Positions 1 through 9,806 of a stretch of DNA of 64,000 bases are shown one piece after another (positions within the stretch are counted from its first letter, which is position 1; each line of letters starts with the position of its first letter). The translations under genes were made by a program, and so were the position numbers. Below the pieces are notes generated by a model. The model did not search any database, had not been told where the DNA came from, and saw nothing but the letters and a program-made list of their open reading frames with translations. The stretch comes from Parcubacteria group bacterium Gr01-1014_8 (lineage in GTDB: Bacteria > Patescibacteriota > Minisyncoccia > Phycocordibacterales > UBA2100), in assembly GCA_007376385.1 (NCBI GenBank), contig VMGC01000001.1, positions 343,898 to 407,897 on the forward strand. Reading direction: 5' to 3'.

Positions 1-3000
1 TCGGGAGGTGTCCCGACGTGGGGAACTGATTTGACTTCCGGAGGTGGCGCGGATGGCACATGGTCGACGACTACCTCACAAGTCTCTGGCACGTTGATCA
101 ATTACCCTAACAATGCATCCGACATCGTTGCCATCGGCTCCACGGCGACGACATCTGCGGAGTACTGGTTTGACCCGAATACGACGATTGCCTATCTTTC
201 AGGAAAAGTTGGCATCAGCACCACCTCCCCCTACTCAAAGTTAACGTTGTGGGGGAGCGCCTCACTATTTGAGGCAGTGAACACATCTTCGACAACGATC
301 TTTTCAATAGGCCAATCAGGCGCGACAACAACGAATCTCGGAATTTCGGGAATAGCAAGTTCCCTGCTCAAAACAACATCTACCGGAGGAGTGGTTGCTG
401 CGATACCCGACACCGATTACCTCAATACCGCAAGTTCGATCGAATTACTTGGCGACGTCGCCGCGATGACGGAGAATTACGGCGATCTCTTGTATTGGAA
501 TGGCTCCGCGTGGGCTGATCTTGCGACGTCATCGCTTGGGATTGCGATCAGTGACACCACGGGAACACTTGCAGTTGCACGAGGCGGCACTGGTCAAACC
601 ACATTCTCCTCCTCGCAACTTCTCTACGGAAACGGAACCAACGCGCTTTCGTCTGTCGCAACCTCCTCACTCTCCGCAGGAACCGGTGTCACGTTCTCTG
701 GAACTGCCGGCTCTCTCGTTGGAGGCACTGCACTCACCATCAATACACCGTGGACCATCTCCGGAAACAACATCTACAACAACAACATTGCAAATGCCGC
801 CATCGGCACATCAACTCCCTACGCCACCACCACGATCTGGGGTAACACTGCTTCAAAGATATTTGAAGTCGTTGCAAACGCTTCATCCACCGTATTCTCT
901 GTTGCACAAAGTGGAGCTACTACAACCAACCTCGGCATTACTGGCGTCACCAATTCGCTCTTGAAGACCACATCAACCGGTGGAGTCGTTGCAGCGGTCG
1001 CAGGCACGGATTACGCGACACTGTCACAAACATTTGGAAAAGCGTGGGAGATCGACGGTAACGGCTTTACCGGATTCCTTGCACCGACAACAACGCAGAA
1101 AGTGTGGATCGGGCAGGCGTCGTCGACGCTTCTATCGGTGAATGGCCCTGCATACTTTGGCTCAACCGCAACCTCCTCATTCTCAACCGCCGGCGTCCTC
1201 ACGCTTGCCACCGATCTCGCAGTCACCGAAGGAGGCACCGGAGCTTCCACGCTCACCGGCCTTCTCCAAGGAAACGGCACGTCGGCGTTCACCGCCATCA
1301 CTGATTCATCCACGGTGGGACAGATACTCCGTGTGACTGGTGCATCAACATACGCCTGGGGAGCACTGAACCTTGCAGACACTGACGCCATCACCGGAAC
1401 GCTTCCCATCTCCAACGGAGGCACCAACAACACCACCTACTCCACCAACGCGCTCCTCTACTTTGACGGAACATCCATCACTGCTACTTCCACCAGACCC
1501 CTCTACGTCGGCGCTATCAATGCCACCACAACAGCCACCTCCACTTTTGCAGGAGGCATCTCTGTTCTCAACTTCGCACAGACAGGAACAGCAACAAGCA
1601 CGCTCGCAAACGGGCTCACCTTAACCGGTGGCTGTGTCATGGTGAACGGAAACTGCATCTCACCCGTTGGGAACTCCTCCATCGAAGATTTGAACGACGT
1701 TGCTGCGATGACGGAGAACTATGGAGACCTTCTTGGATGGAACGGCAGCACGTGGACTGACTTTGCCACCACCTCACTCTTCACCGGTTCCAACGGGCAG
1801 ATGCTTGCATACGCGAATGGCGGGTGGACGGGAGTTGCAACAACAACAGCCGGCACTGGTCTCACATACACCGGCTCTGCGTTCAATGTTGACCTTGGTA
1901 CCTCTATTAGCGCAGCTGAGATCGCAGACGGCGATCACGGCGACTTCACATACACCAGCGGTGTTGCAGCCATCGATGCAAACGCCGTCACCCTCGGCAC
2001 CGACACAACAGGGAACTACGTTGCAACACTCGCAGATTCAGGCGGAGGAACACTCACCATCTCCAACTCAGGCAGCGAGACAGCGGCAGTGACAGCCTCC
2101 CTCAACCTTGGCAACGCCAACATCTGGACTGGCAAGCAGAACTTCTTTGGTTCTGCATCGTCGACGCTGTTCTCAGCGAACTGGCTCAAAGTCGGTCAAA
2201 CAGCATCAACCACATTCGATTCCGCTGGCAACGCAACCATCGGCGGCACCTTGAACGTCACCGGTCAAACTACACTTGCCACTTCACTCACTGGATTACT
2301 CAAAGCAACCGCAGGAGTTGTCTCCTCTGCAACAGAAGGCACTGACTACCTCTCCAATGCACTCCGCGATTGGTCAGTACAAGGCAACGGATACCTTGCA
2401 CCAACGACAACGAGAGGAATCATCGTTGTTGCATCATCCACCATCGGCGCGGGAGGACAAGCGACGGGGCTCACCATTTCAGGAGGCGCGACGACGACGG
2501 GGAATGCGTATTTTGCAGGGAATGTGGGTGTTGGGACAGCTGCACCAAGTCAAAAATTGCAAGTTGTTAACGGCGCTATTGATATCAACACCGACGACCA
2601 GTTCTTGTACTTCGGTAGCGGGGACGCCGGCATCAGGGAAAGCGGTGCCAATTTGAAATTTGAGACGTATACGGGCGCTGCACTCACCGAAAAAATGAGA
2701 ATTACTGGCGCAGGCAACGTCGGCATCGGGACCACCACTCCCGCAACCCTCCTCTCCATCGCCGGCACGAGCGGCCTCTTTGCCTCCACGACCGCCACCT
2801 CCACCTTCCAAGGCGGCGGGATTAACTTGCTCACGGCGGCGGGGAATACGGGATGCTTTGCGGTGAATGGGACGTGTCTTTCCAATACCGCTTCCGGCAT
2901 CGTCGGAAGCGGCACCACCGGACAATTTCCGTACTATGCCGCCAACGGCACGACTTTGACGGCGACCTCGACACTTTTCGTCTCGACCGCGAGCAATGTT

Positions 3001-6000
3001 GGGATCGGTGCCACCTCTCCCGCAGCAAAGTTAGACGTCGAAGGTTCCGGTGCGGTCTTGACCGACATCATGGTAGGCAACTCACAGGCCAATGCAAACT
3101 TCGGTATTTCCGCGGCAGGAGTTCCCCACCTTTGGACGAACAATGCCTCGTGGCCGCTTGTGCTCGGTGTCGGTGGCGCAGAGAAAATGAGAGTGCACAC
3201 GGATGGAAACGTAGGGATCGGAGCAGGTGCAACGGGTCCCGGGGCACTCCTCACGGTTGACTCTGGTGCAGCGTCTCTCACGGACATCTTGGTCGGCAAC
3301 TCGCAAGCGAACGCGAATTTCGGAATCTCCGCAGCGGGCGTAGCCCATCTGTGGTCAAATAATTCAAGTTGGCCTCTTGCGTTCGGCATTGGAGCCGCGG
3401 AAAATATGCGAATCCACACGAACGGCAACGTGGGGCTCGGGAACACCTCCCCCTCCTACAAACTCGACGTCGCAGGGTTCATCAACACCGACCAATTCTC
3501 CGGCTACAAGCAGAACGGCACGACCATTCTCTATTCATCTTCGACGCTTGCCACGATGTTCGGCGGCTACCAGGCCGGCAATGGTCAAGTGCAATCAGGA
3601 ACCGGACTCTACAATACCGCGTTTGGCTATCAGGCGCTCTTGAGCGCCACGTCGTCTAGCAGAAGCACAGCGGTCGGCTTTTCAGCGCTCGCAAGTCAGG
3701 CGAATGCCAATGGCAACGATGCGCGTAATACCGCAGTTGGTTCCCAAGCGCTCGGCGGCACAACGTACGGTTACTACAACACAGCTGTCGGCTCTGATGC
3801 TCTCGCTGCCAACACGACCGGATACTTCAACAGCGCATTTGGCCAGGGCGCGCTCACTGGCAATACGACCGGCCGCGATAACATTGCAATTGGCTACAAT
3901 TCCGTGAGTCAAAGTACAGCCGCCCTCGAAAATATAGGTATCGGCAACTCCTCGCTTTCAGGAGCGTCGCTCACGGGGGCAGACAACATCGCTATCGGTC
4001 GGCAGGCTGGGAGCGCCATGTCGAGCGGGAGTTACAACATACTGATTGGCCAATATCTCTACAACAGCGGCACCGTCTTTACTGGCTCAAACAACATCAT
4101 CATCGGGCGCGACATCGGCTCGACCGCATCTCCCTTGGTTTCGACGACAACAAGCAACGCGCTCAACATCGGCAACTTGATTTTCGCGACCAGTCTCGGC
4201 ACGGCGGACACTCTTTCGACGGGTAATGTGGGTATTGGAACAGCGGCACCGAATTATCAACTTTCAAACAACTCCGCGAGTAATAACCTGGATTCGGGTT
4301 CCACGGGGCTCTCGACCGCAAGTAGTTTCAACTGGGCGAACAACGGCTCCGGCTACGGTGCAGGATTGTATAACGCAAGCGCCAATTCGGATGCAAACGG
4401 GCTGTTGGTAAAAATTCGCGGTACGGCCTCTACCAACAAAATTCTCTCGCTCGACACGGGCACGACGCAAGCCGGCGCGGGAACAAATGTGCTGACGGTA
4501 TTAGGAAGCGGCAACGTCGGCATTGGGACGACGAGTCCGCGCAGCGCCCTCTATTTCCAGGCGAACAGTAGCGATCCATCGTTAACATCATGGACAGGCA
4601 TAGGGACGATGCGCGCTAGTACTGGTGTAGAACTTGCGATGGGTGCAGACGATACGACACCTTTCGGCGCGTGGCTGCAAACGAAAGACAGCACAAATGG
4701 CGGTACATCCTATCCACTGCTCCTCAATCCTCTCGGCGGCAACGTTGGCATCGGGACGACTACGCCTCAAACGGCGTTGCATGTAAACGGTATTCTCGCG
4801 GCAACGCCAAGCTACGGCTTTTACTGGTACAACGGGGCAACATTCAAAGGCGCACTCAAGCATAACTCATCCAACGATAACCTTGAGATATACACCGCCT
4901 CTGATGGCAGCACGCCGCGGCTCACAGTCCAAAGTTCTTCCGGCAACGTCGGTATCGGGACGACCAGTCCCGTGTCGATACTTGCTGTTGCTGGTGCCAA
5001 TCCTGTACTTACCCTCAATCAAACGAGTAGCGGTAATGTTTCTGGCTTAAAGATAACGAATGGAGTAAATACGCTAGGCACATTTACAGTAGCAATAGAT
5101 ACAGGCGAGGTCAGGATAGGTGGTACGTCTAGCGGCGGTTATTATGATACTTTCTACGCCGATGGTTCGGAAAGGATGAGGATTACAGCAGCAGGCAACG
5201 TCGGCATCGGGACGACGACGCCGCAGTGGCTTTTGAATCCGACTTCGGCAAGCGCATCACAACTTGCCCTTTCGGCGGGGGCGGGCATCGCGCAATGGAC
5301 GTTTAGGAATGCAGGCGGGAATTTGTATCTCTCAACAACTACCGTTGCAGGAACCGCAACGACATCGATAAGCGCGCTTGAGATTGCGGGCGGAGGATTA
5401 GGAACGACAACCGTGAGAGGGCTAAACATCAGCGCTGGCGCAACATCAACGTCTAATGTGGGCTTCTCACTCACGAGCGGATGCTTTGCAACGCCCGCGG
5501 GCTGTATCTCGGGCGTTGGCGATTCTTCCATCGAAGCATTGAACGACGTTGCTGCGATGACGAAAAACTTCGGTGACTTACTGTATTGGAATGGCACAAC
5601 ATGGACTGATCTAGCAACGTCGTCGCTTGCGGTAAATTTCTCCGACCTCATTGGTTCAGCGACAGATGCACAGGTTACGAATGCGCTCACAATTTCCGGC
5701 GGCGTGATTTCGGGGACGAACACGGTGTCGGGTACGTGGAATACGACAAACACGCTTACCATCGGGAACGGCGGCGACCGCATCGACGTCAATTCGAGCG
5801 GATGGGATGTGACGGACAGCGTGATTTCAGGCGCAACCTATCAAGGCAACACGATTGGCACCACCTACGGAGGCACAAATGCGACAGGTTTCAGCAGCCA
5901 TGCGCTTCTTGCATTTAACGGTACGAGCATCGTCGCAACGTCTACTATCGGCTTTCAGTCATTTAATGCGACATCAACCACTGCGACGTCGACCATTGCT

Positions 6001-8856
6001 GGCGGCCTTGCAGTCGAGACCTCCGGCCTCGTGTACGACTACTCGACCAACCGCGTCGGCATTGGGACGGCGAGCCCTTCCAACAAATTACATATTGCAT
6101 CATCCGCGAATGACTCAACGCTTTTCATACAGCAAACGTCTGGCACACAGCGAGCTGATATCCGGATCGACAACGACGGCGGCTATATGCTTATCGGCCG
6201 CGAAAACAGTGCTGGCGGATCACTTGCGGTCGGTTCGACCGGCTATTTTGGCGTCATGAATGTCAACAATGCCTACGGTCTGCAATTTGGTACCAACAAC
6301 ACCGTCCGAGCGACGATCGACTCCTCCGGCAACGTCGGCATCGGGACGACGAGTCCAGCGACTTCGCTTTCAGTATCGGGAAGCGGGTACCTCACTGGCG
6401 CGCTTGGCGTAGGCGCGGTCGCGACGGGCTTCACCAACCTTCTCGTCAATGACAACTCAAACACTGCGCACAATAACGATGAGGGTATTGTTGTGAAAAA
6501 TACAAACACTGGCAGTTCTGCCGGCGCTAGCATCAATCTTCGAAACGACGGCACATATCATGGATTCATGCAGATGAATTCTGGGGCAAACACATCATTG
6601 GCGGGAGCAAATAGTTTCAACATCGGTGCTGAGCACAACATTAATTTCGGATTCATCACCAATGATGCGCTTCAGATGACATTGAATACCACCGGTCTCG
6701 GCATCGGGAACACCTCCCCCTCCTACAAACTCGATGTCGCGGGGTTCATCAACACCGACCAATTCTCCGGCTACAAGCAGGCGGGGAATACTATACTGTA
6801 TGCGTCGAGCACGAATGCCACGGTATTTGGTGGACAAGGCGCAGGAAGCGCGATGCAAACGTCTGGAACCGGTGCGTACAACACCGCGTTTGGGTACGGT
6901 GCCCTTACTACAGCGACATCGTCTAGTAGAAGCACTGCAATTGGATTTAATGCACTCGCCAACCAAGCGAACAGTAACGGCAACGACGCACGCAACACGG
7001 CCGTCGGTTCCGACTCTTTGGCGGCAACTACGTACGGCTACTACAACGTCGGCGTCGGCGCCTCGGCGCTCACCGCCAACACGACAGGCGCTTTCAACGT
7101 GGCACTTGGTGTCGGGGCTTTGCAGACGGCAACATCCACGAACAACGTGACTGCCATCGGCTACAACGCGCTCGGCGCTATGATTTGTTGCGGCCCGGCA
7201 GGGACGACGCCGGCAAATGTCGTGGTAGGCCACCAAGTCGCTCGTCAAGCGACGACTGCCTACGGTATTACAGGAATCGGGTATGGCGCCTTGGATTCGC
7301 TCACGACCGGACACGACATCGTGGCACTTGGATCGCAGGCAGGGCATATGGTCACGACTGGCACTAACAGTATATTCCTTGGCGATCTCTCCGGCTTCAA
7401 AGACAGTGCCGGTGCGAACACCGCCATCACGGGCGACAACAATATCATCATCGGCAATAACCAGCTCATGATCCCGAACGCCGCCGGCTCCAATCAACTC
7501 AACATCGGCAACCTCATCTTCGGCACCAGCCTCTCAACCGGCGCGACAGTTTCGACCGGCAACGTCGGCATTGGGACGACGAGCCCACGTTCGATTCTCC
7601 ACGCTGTGGCCGGTGCTTCGGGAGTTTTGCCCAACGCAGGCACGACCTTCACTATGGAGAGCAACACGGCCAACTACTTGAGCATGCTCACAGCGAGCAA
7701 CGCCGCAAACGGAATTCTCTTTGGTACGCCGACGAGCGCAATCGATGCCGGCATTCTCTACAACAGCAACGGTTCGGCACGAGATTTGCAGTTCCGCACC
7801 GGCGTCAACAACACGCGGATGACGATTGATTCTACCGGCAACGTCGGCATCGGGACGACGACGCCGTTTCGCAAACTTTCTATCACGGATGCAGTATCGA
7901 CCGCACAGCAAGCGATCGCGTACGACTCGACGCGCTGGACTGACCTCCTTACAGACTCTGTTGGGGATCTCACCATCAATCCGCAAGGCGACGATGTGTT
8001 CTTGAATGCGGACAATCTTTGGGTGTGTACCGGCGGCTCGTGTCCGAGCGGGACGCCAGCAGGGACGGGTAATTTGATCGTTGAAACGAAATTGGGCGTG
8101 GCCAGTTCGACACCGTTCGCGACGCTCGGTGTGAAGGGTTCTGCTGCATCGACGGCATATACGTTCATGACAACCAACAGTTCCGATTCTCCGACGTTCA
8201 ACATCCAAGATAACGGCAATGTGGGTATTGGTACCACGACGCCCACGAAACAATTTTCCATCTCGAGTCTCCTCTATGTCGGTGCAGGCGGTGCAACAGG
8301 AATGGGAACAGCGACATCGACTTTCCAAGGTGACATCAAGATAATTGGTAAACTTGATGTCGGTACGATTGACCCGGTCTATACAATAGACGGCACGAAG
8401 TATGCGACGTATGGTCATTCAACCGTTGGTATCAAAGAAGAGGTAACGGCAAAACTGGCAGTCAACGAGTATGACGAAGCTCGAGATTTGTATCGAACAA
8501 CAATTCGTTTCGATGAGTTGGAAAAGGGAAGCGACCTTTGGCTTTTCTATGAGATCACTCGATTCGGACTTGAATGGGAGCATCTCGTCGTGAACTTGAC
8601 GCCGGCATTCGACGGCCGCGTGTTCTACGAAGAAGATATCGTCGAGAACTCTCTGACAATATACGCCGACAAGTCCGGCTTTGTTTCTGCGCGGCTCATC
8701 GCGGACAGATTCGACGCAGAAACGTGGCCGAACATTCGTCCTGACCAGGACGGAAATACCGAAGGCACGCACAATATAACTTCGAAATTGCCGGGAGGGG
8801 TGCTCCGAGCGGCAGCTACAGCAACCGAAGCCGTCTCATCGTGGTTCAATGAATAA
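1..8856 (+). CDS. Giant repetitive surface protein (more than 2941 aa; 5' end lies outside the window). It has about 30 'GNVGIGTTSP...KL.V'-type repeats, resembling phage-tail-fibre or adhesin-like repeats.
   Basis: The ORF is open from nt 1 (no in-frame stop upstream of the annotated TTG at 31) to the TAA at 8854-8856. The NVGIGT motif recurs throughout. A 'SIEDLNDVAAMTENYGDLLGWNGSTWTD' module occurs three times (nt ~420, ~1680, ~5520). There are internal tandem and segmental duplications. Composition is Thr/Ser/Gly/Asn-rich. Confidence 0.8.
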   Translation, partial: SGGVPTWGTDLTSGGGADGTWSTTTSQVSGTLINYPNNASDIVAIGSTATTSAEYWFDPNTTIAYLSGKVGISTTSPYSKLTLWGSASLFEAVNTSSTTIFSIGQSGATTTNLGISGIASSLLKTTSTGGVVAAIPDTDYLNTASSIELLGDVAAMTENYGDLLYWNGSAWADLATSSLGIAISDTTGTLAVARGGTGQTTFSSSQLLYGNGTNALSSVATSSLSAGTGVTFSGTAGSLVGGTALTINTPWTISGNNIYNNNIANAAIGTSTPYATTTIWGNTASKIFEVVANASSTVFSVAQSGATTTNLGITGVTNSLLKTTSTGGVVAAVAGTDYATLSQTFGKAWEIDGNGFTGFLAPTTTQKVWIGQASSTLLSVNGPAYFGSTATSSFSTAGVLTLATDLAVTEGGTGASTLTGLLQGNGTSAFTAITDSSTVGQILRVTGASTYAWGALNLADTDAITGTLPISNGGTNNTTYSTNALLYFDGTSITATSTRPLYVGAINATTTATSTFAGGISVLNFAQTGTATSTLANGLTLTGGCVMVNGNCISPVGNSSIEDLNDVAAMTENYGDLLGWNGSTWTDFATTSLFTGSNGQMLAYANGGWTGVATTTAGTGLTYTGSAFNVDLGTSISAAEIADGDHGDFTYTSGVAAIDANAVTLGTDTTGNYVATLADSGGGTLTISNSGSETAAVTASLNLGNANIWTGKQNFFGSASSTLFSANWLKVGQTASTTFDSAGNATIGGTLNVTGQTTLATSLTGLLKATAGVVSSATEGTDYLSNALRDWSVQGNGYLAPTTTRGIIVVASSTIGAGGQATGLTISGGATTTGNAYFAGNVGVGTAAPSQKLQVVNGAIDINTDDQFLYFGSGDAGIRESGANLKFETYTGAALTEKMRITGAGNVGIGTTTPATLLSIAGTSGLFASTTATSTFQGGGINLLTAAGNTGCFAVNGTCLSNTASGIVGSGTTGQFPYYAANGTTLTATSTLFVSTASNVGIGATSPAAKLDVEGSGAVLTDIMVGNSQANANFGISAAGVPHLWTNNASWPLVLGVGGAEKMRVHTDGNVGIGAGATGPGALLTVDSGAASLTDILVGNSQANANFGISAAGVAHLWSNNSSWPLAFGIGAAENMRIHTNGNVGLGNTSPSYKLDVAGFINTDQFSGYKQNGTTILYSSSTLATMFGGYQAGNGQVQSGTGLYNTAFGYQALLSATSSSRSTAVGFSALASQANANGNDARNTAVGSQALGGTTYGYYNTAVGSDALAANTTGYFNSAFGQGALTGNTTGRDNIAIGYNSVSQSTAALENIGIGNSSLSGASLTGADNIAIGRQAGSAMSSGSYNILIGQYLYNSGTVFTGSNNIIIGRDIGSTASPLVSTTTSNALNIGNLIFATSLGTADTLSTGNVGIGTAAPNYQLSNNSASNNLDSGSTGLSTASSFNWANNGSGYGAGLYNASANSDANGLLVKIRGTASTNKILSLDTGTTQAGAGTNVLTVLGSGNVGIGTTSPRSALYFQANSSDPSLTSWTGIGTMRASTGVELAMGADDTTPFGAWLQTKDSTNGGTSYPLLLNPLGGNVGIGTTTPQTALHVNGILAATPSYGFYWYNGATFKGALKHNSSNDNLEIYTASDGSTPRLTVQSSSGNVGIGTTSPVSILAVAGANPVLTLNQTSSGNVSGLKITNGVNTLGTFTVAIDTGEVRIGGTSSGGYYDTFYADGSERMRITAAGNVGIGTTTPQWLLNPTSASASQLALSAGAGIAQWTFRNAGGNLYLSTTTVAGTATTSISALEIAGGGLGTTTVRGLNISAGATSTSNVGFSLTSGCFATPAGCISGVGDSSIEALNDVAAMTKNFGDLLYWNGTTWTDLATSSLAVNFSDLIGSATDAQVTNALTISGGVISGTNTVSGTWNTTNTLTIGNGGDRIDVNSSGWDVTDSVISGATYQGNTIGTTYGGTNATGFSSHALLAFNGTSIVATSTIGFQSFNATSTTATSTIAGGLAVETSGLVYDYSTNRVGIGTASPSNKLHIASSANDSTLFIQQTSGTQRADIRIDNDGGYMLIGRENSAGGSLAVGSTGYFGVMNVNNAYGLQFGTNNTVRATIDSSGNVGIGTTSPATSLSVSGSGYLTGALGVGAVATGFTNLLVNDNSNTAHNNDEGIVVKNTNTGSSAGASINLRNDGTYHGFMQMNSGANTSLAGANSFNIGAEHNINFGFITNDALQMTLNTTGLGIGNTSPSYKLDVAGFINTDQFSGYKQAGNTILYASSTNATVFGGQGAGSAMQTSGTGAYNTAFGYGALTTATSSSRSTAIGFNALANQANSNGNDARNTAVGSDSLAATTYGYYNVGVGASALTANTTGAFNVALGVGALQTATSTNNVTAIGYNALGAMICCGPAGTTPANVVVGHQVARQATTAYGITGIGYGALDSLTTGHDIVALGSQAGHMVTTGTNSIFLGDLSGFKDSAGANTAITGDNNIIIGNNQLMIPNAAGSNQLNIGNLIFGTSLSTGATVSTGNVGIGTTSPRSILHAVAGASGVLPNAGTTFTMESNTANYLSMLTASNAANGILFGTPTSAIDAGILYNSNGSARDLQFRTGVNNTRMTIDSTGNVGIGTTTPFRKLSITDAVSTAQQAIAYDSTRWTDLLTDSVGDLTINPQGDDVFLNADNLWVCTGGSCPSGTPAGTGNLIVETKLGVASSTPFATLGVKGSAASTAYTFMTTNSSDSPTFNIQDNGNVGIGTTTPTKQFSISSLLYVGAGGATGMGTATSTFQGDIKIIGKLDVGTIDPVYTIDGTKYATYGHSTVGIKEEVTAKLAVNEYDEARDLYRTTIRFDELEKGSDLWLFYEITRFGLEWEHLVVNLTPAFDGRVFYEEDIVENSLTIYADKSGFVSARLIADRFDAETWPNIRPDQDGNTEGTHNITSKLPGGVLRAAATATEAVSSWFNE

Positions 8857-8927
8857 TTATGGTGAAAAATATGTTGTTTGGGATACTCGGAAATCGTGCG
8901 CTGACTCCGGCCGAGGTGAAGCATCTC

Positions 8928-8968
8928 AAGGTCATATCGAGGTCGATATCAAGGTCGGACCTCGATAC
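8928..8968. repeat. REP-like repeat copy 1 (atatcgaggtcgatatcaaggtcggacctcga), 3' of the transposase gene
   Basis: Hairpin tcgaggtc...gacctcga. It shares the core 'atatcaagg(t/c)c(g/c)gacctcg' with copies at 9677 and 9766. Confidence 0.6.
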
Positions 8969-8977
8969 GCTTGTGTG

Positions 8978-9664
8978 TCACGGTGCCGCCGATTCCACGC
9001 GGAAGTCGAGCCATTCCGAGACCTGCGATTTAAAGTCGAGAGGCGAATCAAAGTACTCCGACAGCGCTGCGGCGTTCACGATGCGGCTCTCCAGACGTTT
9101 CTCACGAGTGTAATCGTGAAAGCTCGACCAACGGTATCCGTCGAGGAATTTTTCCGCCGCGCGCCGGTTTGCGATGCCGGTTTCTTTCCAAGTCGGCTCG
9201 ATGAGCTTGACGGGGTTCAGATGGATATACGAAACGAGGTATTTGAAGTATCGGTCGTCTGCCACGTGCGTCGCCTTATATTTCCCCTGAAAAAGGACGC
9301 CGCTTCGTTTTTGGCGGGTGTTAAAATACATCGTATACCCGGTTTGGAGCTTCTGCATGAATCGGGAAATACCGCCGTTCCTAATCTCACGAAGCATGAG
9401 GTGGAAGTGATTCGGCATGAGGCAGTGCGCGCATATGTCCACGAGCGGTTTTCCCCGATCAAGCGAGAGAAGATGGGGAAGAGAGGTCTGGATTTCGTTG
9501 CTGATGTGCACGGTGTTCTCGCCGTTTGCAAGAAACAAAAGCGCGAGAAAGCGCTTATGGTCGGGTACAGAGGTAAAGATTTTCCGTTTTTCAGTGCCGC
9601 GGTTGTAGACATGATACGTCTCATCGACAGTAAACGGTATGCGTCTCATCTTCTGTATTTTCAC
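8978..9664 (-). CDS. IS200/IS605-family Y1 (HUH) transposase, REP-associated tyrosine transposase (RAYT)-like
   Basis: HUH motif 'HCLMPNHFHLML' and catalytic Tyr motif 'YIHLNPVK'. The gene is flanked by REP-like repeats. Length is 228 aa. Confidence 0.75.
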   Translation of the reverse strand: MKIQKMRRIPFTVDETYHVYNRGTEKRKIFTSVPDHKRFLALLFLANGENTVHISNEIQTSLPHLLSLDRGKPLVDICAHCLMPNHFHLMLREIRNGGISRFMQKLQTGYTMYFNTRQKRSGVLFQGKYKATHVADDRYFKYLVSYIHLNPVKLIEPTWKETGIANRRAAEKFLDGYRWSSFHDYTREKRLESRIVNAAALSEYFDSPLDFKSQVSEWLDFRVESAAP

Positions 9665-9676
9665 TCGCGGTGCCTA

Positions 9677-9712
9677 AATATCAAGGCCCATATCAAGGCC
9701 CGACCTCGATGG
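9677..9712. repeat. REP-like repeat copy 2
   Basis: aaatatcaaggcccatatcaaggcccgacctcgatgg. Same orientation as copy 1. Confidence 0.55.
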
Positions 9713-9765
9713 CGACGATGGCGATGGGAATGGAGATACTGTTGCCGACCGGCAGCAATATCTCA

Positions 9766-9800
9766 AATATCAAGGTCATATCAAGGTCGGACCTCGGGGG
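9766..9800. repeat. REP-like repeat copy 3
   Basis: aaatatcaaggtcatatcaaggtcggacctcggggg. Confidence 0.55.
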
Positions 9801-9806
9801 TGGTGG

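Larger units (their letters stand above)
8928..9800 (-). mobile_element. REP-RAYT-REP unit (IS200-like element with flanking hairpin repeats) inserted immediately 3' of the giant surface-protein gene
   Basis: Transposase CDS bounded by one repeat copy on its 3' side (8928-8968) and two copies on its 5' side (9677-9712, 9766-9800). Confidence 0.6.

Noticed and set aside
6595-8418. Long minus-strand ORFs (6595..7497, 7534..8418, 7758..8261 and others) inside the giant gene
   Set aside because: They are Arg/Cys/His-rich and low-complexity, antisense to a repeat-rich GC-biased CDS, and have no motifs. These are typical shadow ORFs.
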